Origin: Raja brachyura
Lineage: Eukaryota
Assembly: GCA_963514005.1 (NCBI GenBank)
Contig: OY740808.1
Location: 2,170,001-2,234,000 of the forward strand
Length of the DNA: 64,000 nt
Reading direction: 5' to 3'
Shown: piece after piece, positions 13,357 through 26,164 of the stretch
Layout: every line of letters starts with the position of its first letter
Position numbering within the stretch: position 1 is the first letter of the stretch
Notes under the pieces: generated by a model
Databases searched by the model: none
What the model was told of the DNA's origin: nothing
Seen by the model: only the letters and a program-made list of their open reading frames with translations
Made by a program: the position numbers and the translations under genes

Positions 13357-13565
13357 AGCATGAACTGCTGAGGCAGGAGCTGAACAACCGTTCATTGGTT
13401 CAGAGTTCTGACAGGGCTGGATCGCTGGCCCTGCCACCAGCAGAGTTTCATCAGCATCAATACCAGCATCAGCACATGCATCAACACACACATCAGTACA
13501 CGTTTGCTCCTTTCCCTGCAAGTCTGCCACCCACTCTGCTCATGCCGCCCACTGCACCATCTATG
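13357..13565 (+). CDS. FBRSL1: FBRSL1 exon with HX (HQ/HT) repeat
   Basis: Strong ttccag acceptor; [37 protein letters not shown]; donor ATG|gtgcat, alternative AAA|gtgagg at 13586. Confidence 0.95.
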
Positions 13566-14946
13566 GTGCATATCCCAGGCAGAAAAGTGAGGATAAGTAG
13601 AGCATCTCTTGAATCCCCCTTATCCCTCTACCAAAGAAAATCCTTCCATTTTTTTTCCATAGTGACCACGGGTTGGCTGATGTGGTCCTCAAAAACAGAC
13701 ATCAGTATTACTTTTTTCTTTTTCAATTCTCCTGTGATATCCTTTGACCAATCAAAATGAATGGCCGCGTGTATATTTGAGCTATTTTATGTATATTCTG
13801 ACTTGAACCTTTAAATGAATTGCATCCTATAATGTGTTTAATGTTTGACTGTTGAGTCAATTGTTCTATCTTAAAATGTCACCAATTGACAATAGTTGCA
13901 ACAAAAACAGTTTCAGAACTTGATAACATCAAGCCTTTATGAAGCATCCTTTAAATAGAAAAACAATCCTCGCATTTGTAGGTGCATGGTCAAAAGACAG
14001 AGACATCCAATATCCTCTCTAGCCCTTGGAACACATTTATCTTGTGACTTGATATGCAATGCTGAGAGTTTAAATTTTGAATCACTACGATTTACATCAA
14101 AATAAAATTATTGAATATGATCTTAAGAATGCTTTTTGGCCAATGCGCGCTAGCAAAATGTGAAACCATAAACAGTTTCGTTAATTTAATCTCTGACATG
14201 CAAACACTGTTTCTCTAGAAGAATGGGAATTGTGAATGTATGCTTAAAATAATCTTGAACCTGTAGATCAGGCTTGTGTTTACCTGCCTATTGTCTTTAA
14301 TCTGATTAGTATTTTTTCTAATATGGTATTTCTTCTGGTTTAAACTAATTTGCCACCTGTCTGTGCAAATTTAATGCAAGCCTACTTTTAAATAGATTGC
14401 CAACTTTTCCAAAAAGATTCTTTGTTAAAAATCAGTTTTTTTTCAGTATTTCTAATCCAAAAACTATACCATGTGGTCTAATTATGGTCATAAAGAAGTG
14501 TGTGTATAATCTAGCACTGTATGTTTTTGTGATTAATGTTGTTTATACACACTAAGTGGCAGACATCTGGTAATGGCTATAATTAATGAAATTATGCATG
14601 TGTTCTGTATACATAGTTATTATATTCAGCAACAGCTGCCATGCCAAATGGCTCTGTGTGAAGATTTTCCATTTCTTAATGTCCCTTAATTGTTTAAAGA
14701 TGTAATATGTAGAAATAATTATTAAAAGCTGTTTGTTGATTTTAGATCATTTAAAAAATTGCTAATAGTTCATGCCAGGCTGAAAATGATCGGAATCCAA
14801 TAATATTGATTAATAATTAGCCTATTTTATGGTTCAATTATTGCAACAACAGAGGATATATTTATCTCTAGATGACCACAGAACTTCACAATGAAGCTAG
14901 AAAAAACACAACATCTATTATAACTCGTTTTTCCTCTTCATTTCAG

Positions 14947-14997
14947 TTTGAAAAGTATACACCAAAAATGGAAAATCCTTTCTATCGACATTCTAGT
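14947..14997 (+). CDS. FBRSL1: FBRSL1 51-nt exon FEKYTPKMENPFYRHSS
   Basis: tttcag / gtgagt; phase 0-0; resembles the family FDKYP.K.DPFYRHS motif. Confidence 0.92.
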
Positions 14998-15539
14998 GTG
15001 AGTGTCCTCTATTTCTTGAGAACTCATTGTCTATTCATTATATTTTGATCAAGCATTATTTCATATATTAAATTTGAGGTGTCTCCACATGTGGCTTCTA
15101 GCTCATCTGCAGTTCATCAAATGTTTCAATTTGCTTTTCGAGCAGAGACTGTCCAAAATAGATATTCCATGTTGTAGTCCAATGTCATTGTGCATCCAAG
15201 GTATCCTTGGTGTTGAGGTGAATGCTTTCACGTTCAGACGGAGTATTTTCAGATTAATGCCAATACTCTGAGAGAGCTTGAAATAAAATAACAGTTAGAA
15301 CGCTTTTCCATCAAATGTTGTTCTCACTTAGGTTCAACTGATGTAAAAACTGTCTGAATTGCAGTTCAGTTTAGTATATTTCACTTTGTTTGCCTTCATT
15401 AAAGCAAATTTTTAGTTTTGGCATAAGGTAACTTCAAAAGATAATGGAACATCATAGTAATCTGCTACTTCCATTAATGAATTATGGGGTGGGAAGGGTA
15501 AGAATGCTTCCAACACCATGTCTTTTTCTAGACAACAGT

Positions 15540-15985
15540 GAAGTTGGCAATAAGCTGTTCGCTGTTCAAGGGAGGAGAGTTGGGGAAGTCCCGAACCAGG
15601 TGTCACAGTTTAAGAATAAGGGGTAGGCCATTTAGGACTGAAATGAGGAAAAACTTTTTCACCCAGTTGTGAATCTGTGGAATTCTCTGCCACAGAAGGC
15701 AGTGGAGGCCAATTCACTGAATGTTTTCAAGAGAGTATTAGATTTAGCCCTTGGGGCTAAAGGAATTGGGGGAAGATAGACACAAAAAGCTGGAGTAACT
15801 TAGCGGGACAGGCAGCATCTGTGGAGAGACATTTCTGGTCGAGACCCTTCAGACTCATGGAATCAAGGGATATGGGAAAAAAGCAGGAATGAGGTACTGA
15901 TTTTGGTTGATCAGCCATGATCATATTGAATGGCAGTGCTGGCTCGAAGGGCCGAATGGCCAACTCCTGCACCTATTTTTCCATG
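15540..15985 (+). mobile_element. CR1 LINE 3' fragment interrupted by a Penelope/MER6-like insert (~15772-15858)
   Basis: CR1 3' sequence resumes (ggaatcaagggatatggg) after the gatagacacaaaaagctggag...gagacccttcagact insert. Confidence 0.85.
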
Positions 15986-16236
15986 CAGCAGTATTAAAAT
16001 AATTTTAGGTTTCATCCTTTATACACTACAAATAGTTGGAAGCCTCACCATTTTCTATATCTAGTTAAGTGTTGTAAACATTACCTGATGTAGTATAATG
16101 GTAACAAGATACACGAGCCAGGTGCAAATAGTTGGTGTTGTTCTGTAGCTGGATAATTTTACTCTGTAGTTTCTGCTTGGATTTTAATATGACTTTCTCA
16201 ACCTGAAAATAACTTTTCATAACTTGTTGATTTTAG

Positions 16237-16374
<138 letters not shown>

Positions 16375-18858
16375 TAAAACTGTTCTCCGGATGATAGCAG
16401 CACTGAAGAGAGACATCAGCGGTGCCACTTTGTTCTTCATTGCCCCTTCCTGACATTTAATATTGGCATGAGTGATTGGGAGCTGAATTGGGCAGCTGCG
16501 TCCAGATTGTAAGGCAATATTAAAAAAAAGTAGCAATTAATTGTCAAATTGTAATTATCAGTTTATCTCGTGGACATTCGTTATAAGGTTGCTGCATAAC
16601 ATTTACTAATAAATAGTTATTGTATGCCCAGTGATTGATGTGGTTAACCTATGATTATACTAAGGATCAGTAAGTACAGCATTTCCCAGGCTTATAATTC
16701 AAGACAAAATGTATCTGTCAAAGGGAGACAGGTCTGATCTTCAAATTTACACATAATTTGCATGCCAACTTGAGTAGACAAGAAGGCCCTAAGGGTAGAC
16801 TGCAGAAGGTTAATAATACTTGACCCATCTTTGGAGTCAAAAATCCTGTGGTTGATGCACTGTAGTGGTAGGAACCATTTCAAACGAGCAAATTACCCTG
16901 TTCTGTAGAGCAGATGATTTTTTTGCCCTGAAGGCCTGACTTATGTGTGCTCCTGCTGACTGAGCACAATGCTTTACTCTGGCTGCCATGATCAGTCAGG
17001 GTTATTAAGTTTGCCTGGGTCGGCACTACTGAGTGCTCCTCCATTTTTCAGACTGAAGCGTCTGTCACTGAGGTAGGGAGAGACAGATTACCTCAGTCAA
17101 TTTCACTGTCTTCGCATTCCACTTTGCTGAGCTGGGAGCCAGTTAAAGGCATAACAGGTTATTCATTATCTGACTGGTGGTGTAGGCAAATGGCAATTTC
17201 ATGGACAGGCATGCAGTATCCTTAAGGTCAGGAGAAGGAGAACAGGATAAAATTTCATTTTCCAGCAACATATTATCATATCTAAAAGTGTGATAAAGAT
17301 GTAATTTTCAGTGTTACTGATAGCTAATAAAATAGTTAATTTAAATCTCTCAATGTAAAATATATCATGTAAAGAATAATAATGAATAGATAAAAATGGA
17401 AGACAGGCCCCTAGCTTAAATAAGCACTTAAGCTCATGAATGCATTTTGAGTAGATGCAATGAAACTGCTATCTGATGAAAATATGTTTATATGGTACGA
17501 TATTTTATTTTAGATTTCGTGTAAGTTCTTGGTTTCTTGTGATTTTCAGGAGCATTCAAGCCTTAGTACAAAGGCAAATGTCATTCAAGGAAAGGTATTT
17601 TCACAGGTTTATCAAAATATAAATTGCAAGAAAATTGCAAAGTCAGAATGTTTTGATTTAATTGGGCAATTTTACATAGAAATATGTGATATAGCTAAAG
17701 TCCGTCGTACCCAGAGCAATGTCAGACAGTAATCAAAAAGCACAAAACTGCAGATGCTGGAAACCTGAAACAAGAAGAATACCAGAAATGTTCAGCTGAT
17801 CAAACAGCATTGGTGGAGAGAAAACAGTTAACATTTACAGACCAATGACCTTGCTTTATAACTCTCTAATTATGATACAAACTGGAGAGGCTTCTTATTA
17901 ACTGAAGTGTTCATTCCCGAGAGCTGTGTATCCTTTTGTCACGAGATGAGATACTCGTCCTTGAGCTTGCATTGTGATAGCATAAAATGCCAAAGACACA
18001 AAAATCAGAGTGAGAATGGAGAATTAAAATGAGCCAATTGGAGGCTCGGAGTCATATTTGAATCACAGCCCGCTAAATTAGAAGAAGTAAACATGAACCA
18101 CAACATCACTTGGAAAATGCGTGTTAAGTCTTTGCATGGTGGGAAGGGAAGATGGGGGGTGGTATTGGAGGAGATGGGAAAAAGAACCAGAGAATTGTGG
18201 AGAGAGTCCTTTTTGGAATGCGTAAAATGGAGTGTAGCCTAATATCTGCTGCTACCAATATAATCCACTGCATACACATGGTGTATCTAGTGGTGGCATT
18301 ACATTCAAGGTAGCAGTTATTATGAATGCTGGTAAAATTGTAGATGAGAACGATGGAAACCCAAAGATAGACAATGTGCTGTAGAAACTCAGCAGGTCAG
18401 GCAGCATCTCTGGGGGACAAGGAGAATTGGAAACCTAGGCACGGGGAGGGGGGGGGGGGGGAGATGGGGCAAGTGTGAGCAACGGAATAGATGCAGTTGA
18501 GAAGCATTTCAATTATGGTGTAGGGGAAGCCTTGGTTAAAGAAAAAGGAAGACGGATACAATGGATTCAGAGGAACTGGAAGATGTTATGAAATTCCTAT
18601 GAACAGATATTCCCTCTTCCACACTTTCCCCTTTGTACAACCTTGTTGATTTCTATCTTCCAAGTCCTGTGAATGTTAACTCTTCTTCATTCATCACAGA
18701 TGTTGTCAAAGCTGCAGAATATTTTCAGCATTTGTTTCTGTTTTACTTCAATCTTTGACTGTTGTTTGTCCAGTCATGAGTTCAGTATGTTGAAGAATGA
18801 CACTTCAGAATGTTCTCAAACCGGTTTTTCACCTGCCCTCTCACCTTATAGCTATGAG

Positions 18859-19002
18859 TTACTAGAGAGGTTGAGTTCAAGATAGTTTATTGTCACGTGT
18901 CCCAGATAGGACAATGAAATTCTTGAAGCAAAGCAAGAATTTCATTGTCCTATCTGGGATACATGACAATAAACTCTCTTGAACTCTTAAACTCTCTAGT
19001 AA
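18859..19002. repeat. Near-perfect inverted repeat made of two LINE 3' tails
   Basis: Arms 18873-18925 and 18934-18986 are reverse complements (3 mismatches in 53), with an 8-nt spacer; outer TTACTAGAGAG/CTCTCTAGTAA also pair. Confidence 0.9.
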
Positions 19003-19322
19003 TTGATTTTTCCATCCTGGGTAAAAAGGTTTCAGAGAAAACAATCCAAGTCTGTCCAAACTCTCCTTGTTGCTCATGCCCTCTAATCCATGCAATATTC
19101 TGGTAGACCTCTGCTACACCCTTTCCAAAGCCTTCACATCCTTCCTGTAATACTATAGAGAGCAATTTACAATAATCATCTAGGAATGTTACCTTTGTAC
19201 TCTAGTTACATGTGGTAAGTGCAGAAAGTATTCCAAAGTGTTTGGACATGATGGCTTTTCACAATAGTGCAGTAACTTCAGTAGACAGTTGTTGTTAATT
19301 ATGAGGTCTTGTCTTTTCACAG

Positions 19323-19394
19323 ACTTCCAATCCAATTGATGTAGCAAGCAGACAAGGAGCAGTTCCTCACACTCTACTTCAGAAGGACCCCAGG
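19323..19394 (+). CDS. FBRSL1: FBRSL1 exon [24 protein letters not shown]
   Basis: ttcacag / gtaaat; 72 nt; family motif. Confidence 0.96.
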
Positions 19395-20632
19395 GTAAAT
19401 GAATTAATAACGTTCAACCTGAAATATTCAGCCATGATTGCATTATATGTATGTTGAATTCTCATGATGCTTCAATTAATCAGTACAAGACCCAAATACC
19501 TTCTCCTGGCTTGCTCTACTTCCTCGTCCTTCACCGTTTATAAAGATGCCTAGATAAGAACATCTGTAACATTCTCGCATTTGATACTATTCCTTGCTAA
19601 ATTAATCTATCATTGTCATTCTTATTAACCACACCAAAACAATATGTTGCAACTTTCATCAAAATATGTTCCTTGAAAAATAGCATCTTGGTGACAAATC
19701 TTTTCTCACATTTCCAGAGATTTGGAAATAGGCCATTCAGCCCATTGAGTATATTGTCATCTCTGAGTACTCTTGTCAATCCCATTCTCCATATTTCTAT
19801 GTAACCCTTTCAAGTGAATAATCTCTTTTTTGTTACTAGCTCTTTGAAGGTTAAAATTGATTTACTTTCATGATTTTTGTTTCAGTTGGCAAAGCAATTA
19901 AAATAGTTAGACTTTTGGATTGGTTTTCAATGTGCTTCATACCCATATACTCTGAAATAATTAGTTTGATAGGAATATGACCCAGGTTTTGATATTCTAT
20001 TTTTCTAGTGAAGCATAAAATCAAGGTCCTCGGATTCTGTGTAACTCCGACTTAGATACACTGTGCAAAATTCACACACATGCACTTACTGCTGTTCTAA
20101 CGGCCAATTGCAGTTAAGCCGTCTGCAACTCTGGGGGGCATTGGTGTGTCACACAGGATATAAATTCACCCGTTCTAGCAACTGTAAATCATATATCAAT
20201 AGTGGTCAATATCGTTATATGCCACAGACACACACAAAGCTTTATTTATAGGGTTGCCACTGAGTGTAGTTACTGAACTGAGTAAACATTGAATGAAACG
20301 GCGCAATCCACTTCAAGTCTGAGTTTATCTAGTATTTATATACATCTGAAAGTATCTGGATTTGAAACTGAAAATTCTCAACAAAATGATACAGATAACG
20401 GCCTTTGAGCTTCTCCAGTCATCATATAGATTAAACAGTAACTATAAAGGGTTAGTTAGTTCATTTTGCCGTTTCTTATGCTATGATCAATATAAATCTT
20501 CACGCTATTTTTGACCATGTTTCATCCCGGCGGGTTTTCACGATTAGCTGTGGAGGAAAAATCAATTTAAATTTGGACGTAGTGAAATGAAGCCGAGGTG
20601 TAACTGCTGGCACCGGAGAAGAAAAGGAATAA

Positions 20633-20861
20633 AGGGCCTGTCCCACTTGGCGATTTTATTTTTTGGCGACTGCCGGCATCATTGACTGGTGTATCAGGTC
20701 ACCGAAAAATTGGTGGTGTGATGACGTTTGATGCACGGTGTTCTTTCAAGTGTTGCAATTTTTTTTTGTCACCGCTGGATTTTGAAATGTTCAAAATCTT
20801 TTGGCGACATTGATATGACGCCGGCAGTCCTCGAAAAAAATCGCCAAGTAGGACAGGCCCT
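20633..20861. mobile_element. PIF/Harbinger-like MITE
   Basis: TIRs AGGGCCTGTCCCACTTGGCGATTTT / AAAATCGCCAAGTAGGACAGGCCCT, flanked by TAA/TTA; second copy at 52018-52264. Confidence 0.85.
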
Positions 20862-21749
20862 TTAAGGAATAGTAAAATTATAACAAAGGATAATACTTGT
20901 TTAAGAAGTGCTTTGAGGAATATCTAGAGGAGGGTGAGAATTCAGGAGTTGTTGAAAGTTAAACCATGACTCTATCCAATAATACAGAAGCTGGTACTGA
21001 TGAATAGTTGTCCAGGCAGTATCATTGCAGGTATTGGTGAAGGGTAATTACCTGTGCATACGGTTTTGTCTTCTTTATTATTTCTGCTATTTCACATTCA
21101 TCTCAAAGTATTTTTGTGTGCCACTATACAAATTATTGCCTAGACCTCTATGTCTATTAGATTGATTTACTGATTTTTTTTAAAAGTCCGATTGACTTTT
21201 TTTTCTCCATAATTTTAATCTGTAACCTGAGGGGTGCTGTGCAATTGAAAGGGGCACAAAGGGAAGGAGCTTACTCTACGTTATCTCCAACTCATTTATA
21301 TTCATGAAATACGTTTGAAGCATAGGCATCCTGGAGCATTGGTCAATGTGGAACAACTGTTAAGGAAAAAGATTAATTTTGCAGTTGGGGGAGGGGGAAA
21401 CAGTGTAGATGAAGTCTTTGATTCTTATATAAATCATTTTAATGTAAACAGAAATCCATTTAAGTCTTGAGTAAATAATGTCTCAATTTGCATGAAAGTA
21501 GCTGGAGAATAAGCATCATTGCCTAGAGTTAGGTAGACACAAAATGCTGGAGTAACTCAGTGGGACGGCCAGCATCTCTGTAGAGAAGGAATGGTAAAGT
21601 GTTGGTACAGTTTGTCCTCTTTATCAAGGAGTTAACCTAATAAAGAGCGTAGCTCGTCCAAATTCATCACTGGCAATTACTGCTGTTGAGTCTGAAATGC
21701 CTTTTGCACAAAACGGATATAAAACAAGATTTACTTAAAAATTCATATG

Positions 21750-21885
21750 GATTCATGTTCATGTGATCGGAGCAGAATTTGGCCATTTGGCCCATCAAAC
21801 CAACTCCGCCATTCAATCATGGCTGATCGATCTCTCTCTCCTACCCCCATTCTCCTGCTTCTCCCAATAACCCCTGACACCCCTA
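21750..21885 (-). mobile_element. CR1-type 3' tail fragment
   Basis: ggccatttggcccatc..ccgccattcaatcatggctgatc is the reverse complement of the CR1 3' UTR seen at 8630-8700. Confidence 0.7.
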
Positions 21886-22365
21886 ATGTACAAGTTCAAA
21901 ATGAATCTAATCAATAAGGAAAAACTGAAAAGTTGTTCAAACTTCATTTAAAATAAGTCACTATAATATCGGGTTCACAGTAATAATATAGTGTATACAG
22001 TGGCAAAGGTGCCTTGAATTCTGCTGATGATGAATATTAACCATGACATGGAGCCGATTTGGATAATATGCTTTGTATTAGTTTAACTTTCAGAATACAT
22101 TTTCATTTTAGTGTGTAAATCCTTTCACGAAGATTAATTTACCCATTTACTGATGGTGACATGAGCATTTGGTTTGTATCTGATGTTTAAAAAAAACATT
22201 CTATATATCCCAAGAATCCTTTGAATTACCACTGAGGGAAATGTTTGAGTAAATGTAATGTAATGGACGCTGCTGCAGTCGCTTTGTATCTAAGATACAA
22301 GTTTTTATATTGTCAGTTTCCTTTAATATTTTGCTCCTATCAATATATGATCTCATCTTTTCTAG

Positions 22366-22398
22366 CAATTATCAGACCCCTACAGACAGTCAATAAGA
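22366..22398 (+). CDS. FBRSL1: FBRSL1 33-nt micro-exon QLSDPYRQSIR
   Basis: ttttctag / gtaagt; phase 0-0; corresponds to the family LTDPFRP..R segment between KDPR and KPGKWCA. Confidence 0.88.
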
Positions 22399-25300
22399 GT
22401 AAGTGAAATTACTTTTTCGTGATCAAACATTTTATAAAACATGTCATTTTAAATAGCCATATATTTTTAGAATAAATTATTTTCTTGCATTATTTCAGAC
22501 ATGTGTTTTATAATCGGTTTATAATCATTGGTGTTTCTTGGAAATTAGCTGCTAATTGTTCTGACCAATTTTGGCAGGATCTCATTGAATTATGTAATCC
22601 ACATATTTCATATGCATATCAAATTTCATGTCACATGGATATTTCTGCACTGGATTTTCTCTTGCATCCTTGTGGTTCTGGAGAAACAAGACAAGAAGAC
22701 ATATTTATTTTCTCTCTTCGGGAGACATCCAGCAGGCTGCGTGAATCTGGGATGTGTTTAACAAGTGAACAGGATTTTTGAATGCTTGGTCATGTTTTTT
22801 GACACACAGCCCTCGCGTTGGGCAAGTGTCTAATCAGATAGCTCCGTCAGGGAATTGCATATGTTGTTTGAAAATATAAAGCAATTATGTTTGAAATAAA
22901 TGGGGATTTTGCATTTTGAATCAAATTTGTTTTCCAGACGTTCTGCATTGTCGAAAGTATTCTTCGTGGTTCTAATTGGCCAGACGTGACAGTCTAAAGA
23001 GGAAATCATTTAACTAAATTTACTTCTGAAATGTCCAACTTTACACACGCTGGTGTTTCATAAAAAGCCACCATTGCAAGGAAATGCTGAAATAATTTGA
23101 TAATTGAATATATAGAGCAAAGGTGGTCCAGGCTGTCTTTGAAATTGTTAACCTTCCCTATAGTATTAACGCTTTCTCTAATCAAGGACTGTTTCCTCCT
23201 GCAAGTTTGGAGATTGCAACAGTGAATGCATTTGCATCATGTTTCTTTGGAGACTTAAACACTTCGGGACAAATTAACTTGATGGTGCTCCTCTCCAAAG
23301 TGCTATAAATGAACAAATATGGAAAGTGCTTTTACTTAGTTCAGGATGTTAAGATTCATTATTCATGGTTTATGGCATGGATCCAACCAGCCAAATTATA
23401 CGACATGAACCTCCCCCAGCTCCTTCCTGTGGTCTACATAGGGTCCCATCTTCACCTCTTGTTTGCCTGTTCACATCAACTGAAAGTTTTTTGTGGTTAC
23501 CAACACTTCAAAATAGATACGTCCAATGTGAATACAATCTTACTTTGAAACGTGAAGTTCTTGCAACTTTTGGCAACTTATAATCACTGATAATGAAGTT
23601 ATCGCAAAGTTCTGGCTTCAAAAATCTGTGCGTGCTTCAGCAAGGCTTTCTGTCTTCCTACTGAACATTTCTTTGCATTCTGCAACTTCTTTAACCAGTT
23701 CCATGAAGGCCAAGGGACAAACGTGGATCAGATTATTAAAAAATATTCAAGACATCTATATTTGACATGGTTTCATCCACGAAGCATTCAGTGTTTCATT
23801 TGTGTTTACTGTTTTCTTCCAGCTCCCACTCAAAAGGGTAAATCTACCTCAAAAACAACTGGGCGTAAGTATAACTTGAATAAAGTATTGGTTCAGATCT
23901 TAGCACACCCGACGATGAATCTTTCCCAGAACGTCAGTTTCAGAGCTCTATTCAAGCAGTACTGGAAATATGCTGGCTCTTTGGATTAACAGAAATGGCT
24001 CTTCAAAAACAAGTAACATTCTTCATTTTCAGAAAGAAACAAATAATTTGGTTTCTAAAACCAGATCTTGGGATTGCCAGTCCTACAGTTCTGCCGCTTC
24101 GTGAAATTTCCAAATGAGCTTGCTATTTGGTTATCTGAACATCTAATTCATCTCCCCTTCCACTCTCAATTGTAACGAGTTAACAATAGAATTCAAGGAG
24201 TTGCCACAATTGTCATCTATTTTTGTAAACTTGATTAGTTCCCGAATTCTTCACCATTTGGTCATTGAAGTCCTGCAGGACTACTTATAATTTCCTTGAT
24301 GCCTGCTTTCACCAATTCTTTTAAGGTCCCTTCAGTGTCATAAGACAGTTGGTTCACTGTGCTTTTCTGACCGATTTGGGCGATGCTTGAACCATGCAAG
24401 GCGATGCAAGAAAGGTGTGTGATATATATTTGACCTCTCCCTGTACCCCAACACCCCCCCAGAGAAAGGATGCTGTAATTAGCAATATATTGGCAGATTC
24501 TCATTCACAAATATCAAAATCAATCATTCACCAAGTAGGCACCACGATCAACAGGGATATTCAAACTACTTCAAGCACAACATACTTTATATGCTAAGCA
24601 CAGAATGCTTTCTGTAAGGCCTCTAATCCAATGCTTTTGTGTAAGAACTGGTATTCTCTGATGAGTGTTTCTAACATTAGTAAATGATGAACAAGATGAT
24701 CTGGAAGAAAGAGGGTGAGTAGGAGCAAAATATCTGATCCCCACTTTTGCTAAAAATGTTGTCTTGCATAAATGGTTTGAACTTGAAACTCTGTAAAAAC
24801 TAATGCTGCTATTCTATAAATAGTAACATAGATGGCTTTGGTCTCCGTCTGAGAGAGCTCAGTAATGTGCTCTAATGACTCCTTATCAGGGATAGACACA
24901 TTCTCACACCTCATCTCAATTTCATGCCATATCTGGTATCCATATTTTATTGGGCTCCAGGAATAATCATTCTATAATTCTGTACACTCGACTGTGAAGG
25001 AGACATTAGATTCTACCGAATGGACGCAAGGATAACAGTCTGCTGTGCCGCTGTATGCGTAGAAAATCTAGTCATTTGTGGAAGATGACAATGGGCCTGT
25101 TTTATCAGCAAGCTGGCAATGGTTGAATGAATTGTGGGATATATCTGCCAGTGTGGAAAAATGGTTTCAATTTCATCCTTAAGTAATAATTCAACACCTG
25201 AGGAAAGATTAAAGGTCATTTAAGAAGAACTGTAACCTAAATATGCATTAATTTTGAGGAAGCTTAATATATAGAGGATGCTTTCAAAGCAGCCACATGA

Positions 25301-25991
25301 AATAATCAGCACATTAAGGCTCCCTTCCATGCCATGGAGTTTGACAGGGTCATTTTGGCACCTGATGTAGTCCGTGGTTAAACAGTTTCATCTTGTTCAT
25401 TATAAATAAACAACTTTCATAAAACAGCCTCTGGCACATGGAGAAGATGGCTCACCAAAGGTTAAATAGTTCTCATTCTTCAAGTTAAGTTATTCTGTGC
25501 ATAGCAAAACCTCCATTCCCTGGATAAAGTGCTGAATTTCACAATGAAAGAAGTCAAGATTTTTGACTAAATGAAGGATCGAGGATGAACCTCAGTTACT
25601 TTTACCTCACCTGACATGGAATTTATGATCTCTCCAGAGACAAACTAGCACTTGAGTAGATCAAATTTCTCGTGTGTTGCCTTGGTATCCCGCTCTAAAA
25701 TATGGAAGGAATAAGCCAGTTCCAGTATGGAATGCAAAGCATGCTCTATCTGAAGACTATTCTTAGACTATGTTCATCTTCGTATGTCTAACTCATTGAA
25801 AATGAATCTGGATTTGCGTGTTCTCAAACTCACTTGGGCCAAATATTTACTTTAAACTTCACAGCATACTTTTTGGCTGGAGTTCATTTTTTTCGCTTGC
25901 CGCGTTATGTGACTGGTTTACATTTTATTTCAATAGGTGTGGATTTCCATGTTTTCGTTACTACTGTTGAAATGTCTTTTAAGATCTATGA

Positions 25992-26087
<96 letters not shown>

Positions 26088-26164
26088 TAATGAGGAGCCC
26101 TGACATTCCCGAAATTAGCGCATTTTGCATTTTTATTTAGTTATCAGCGAAAATACTAAATAAC

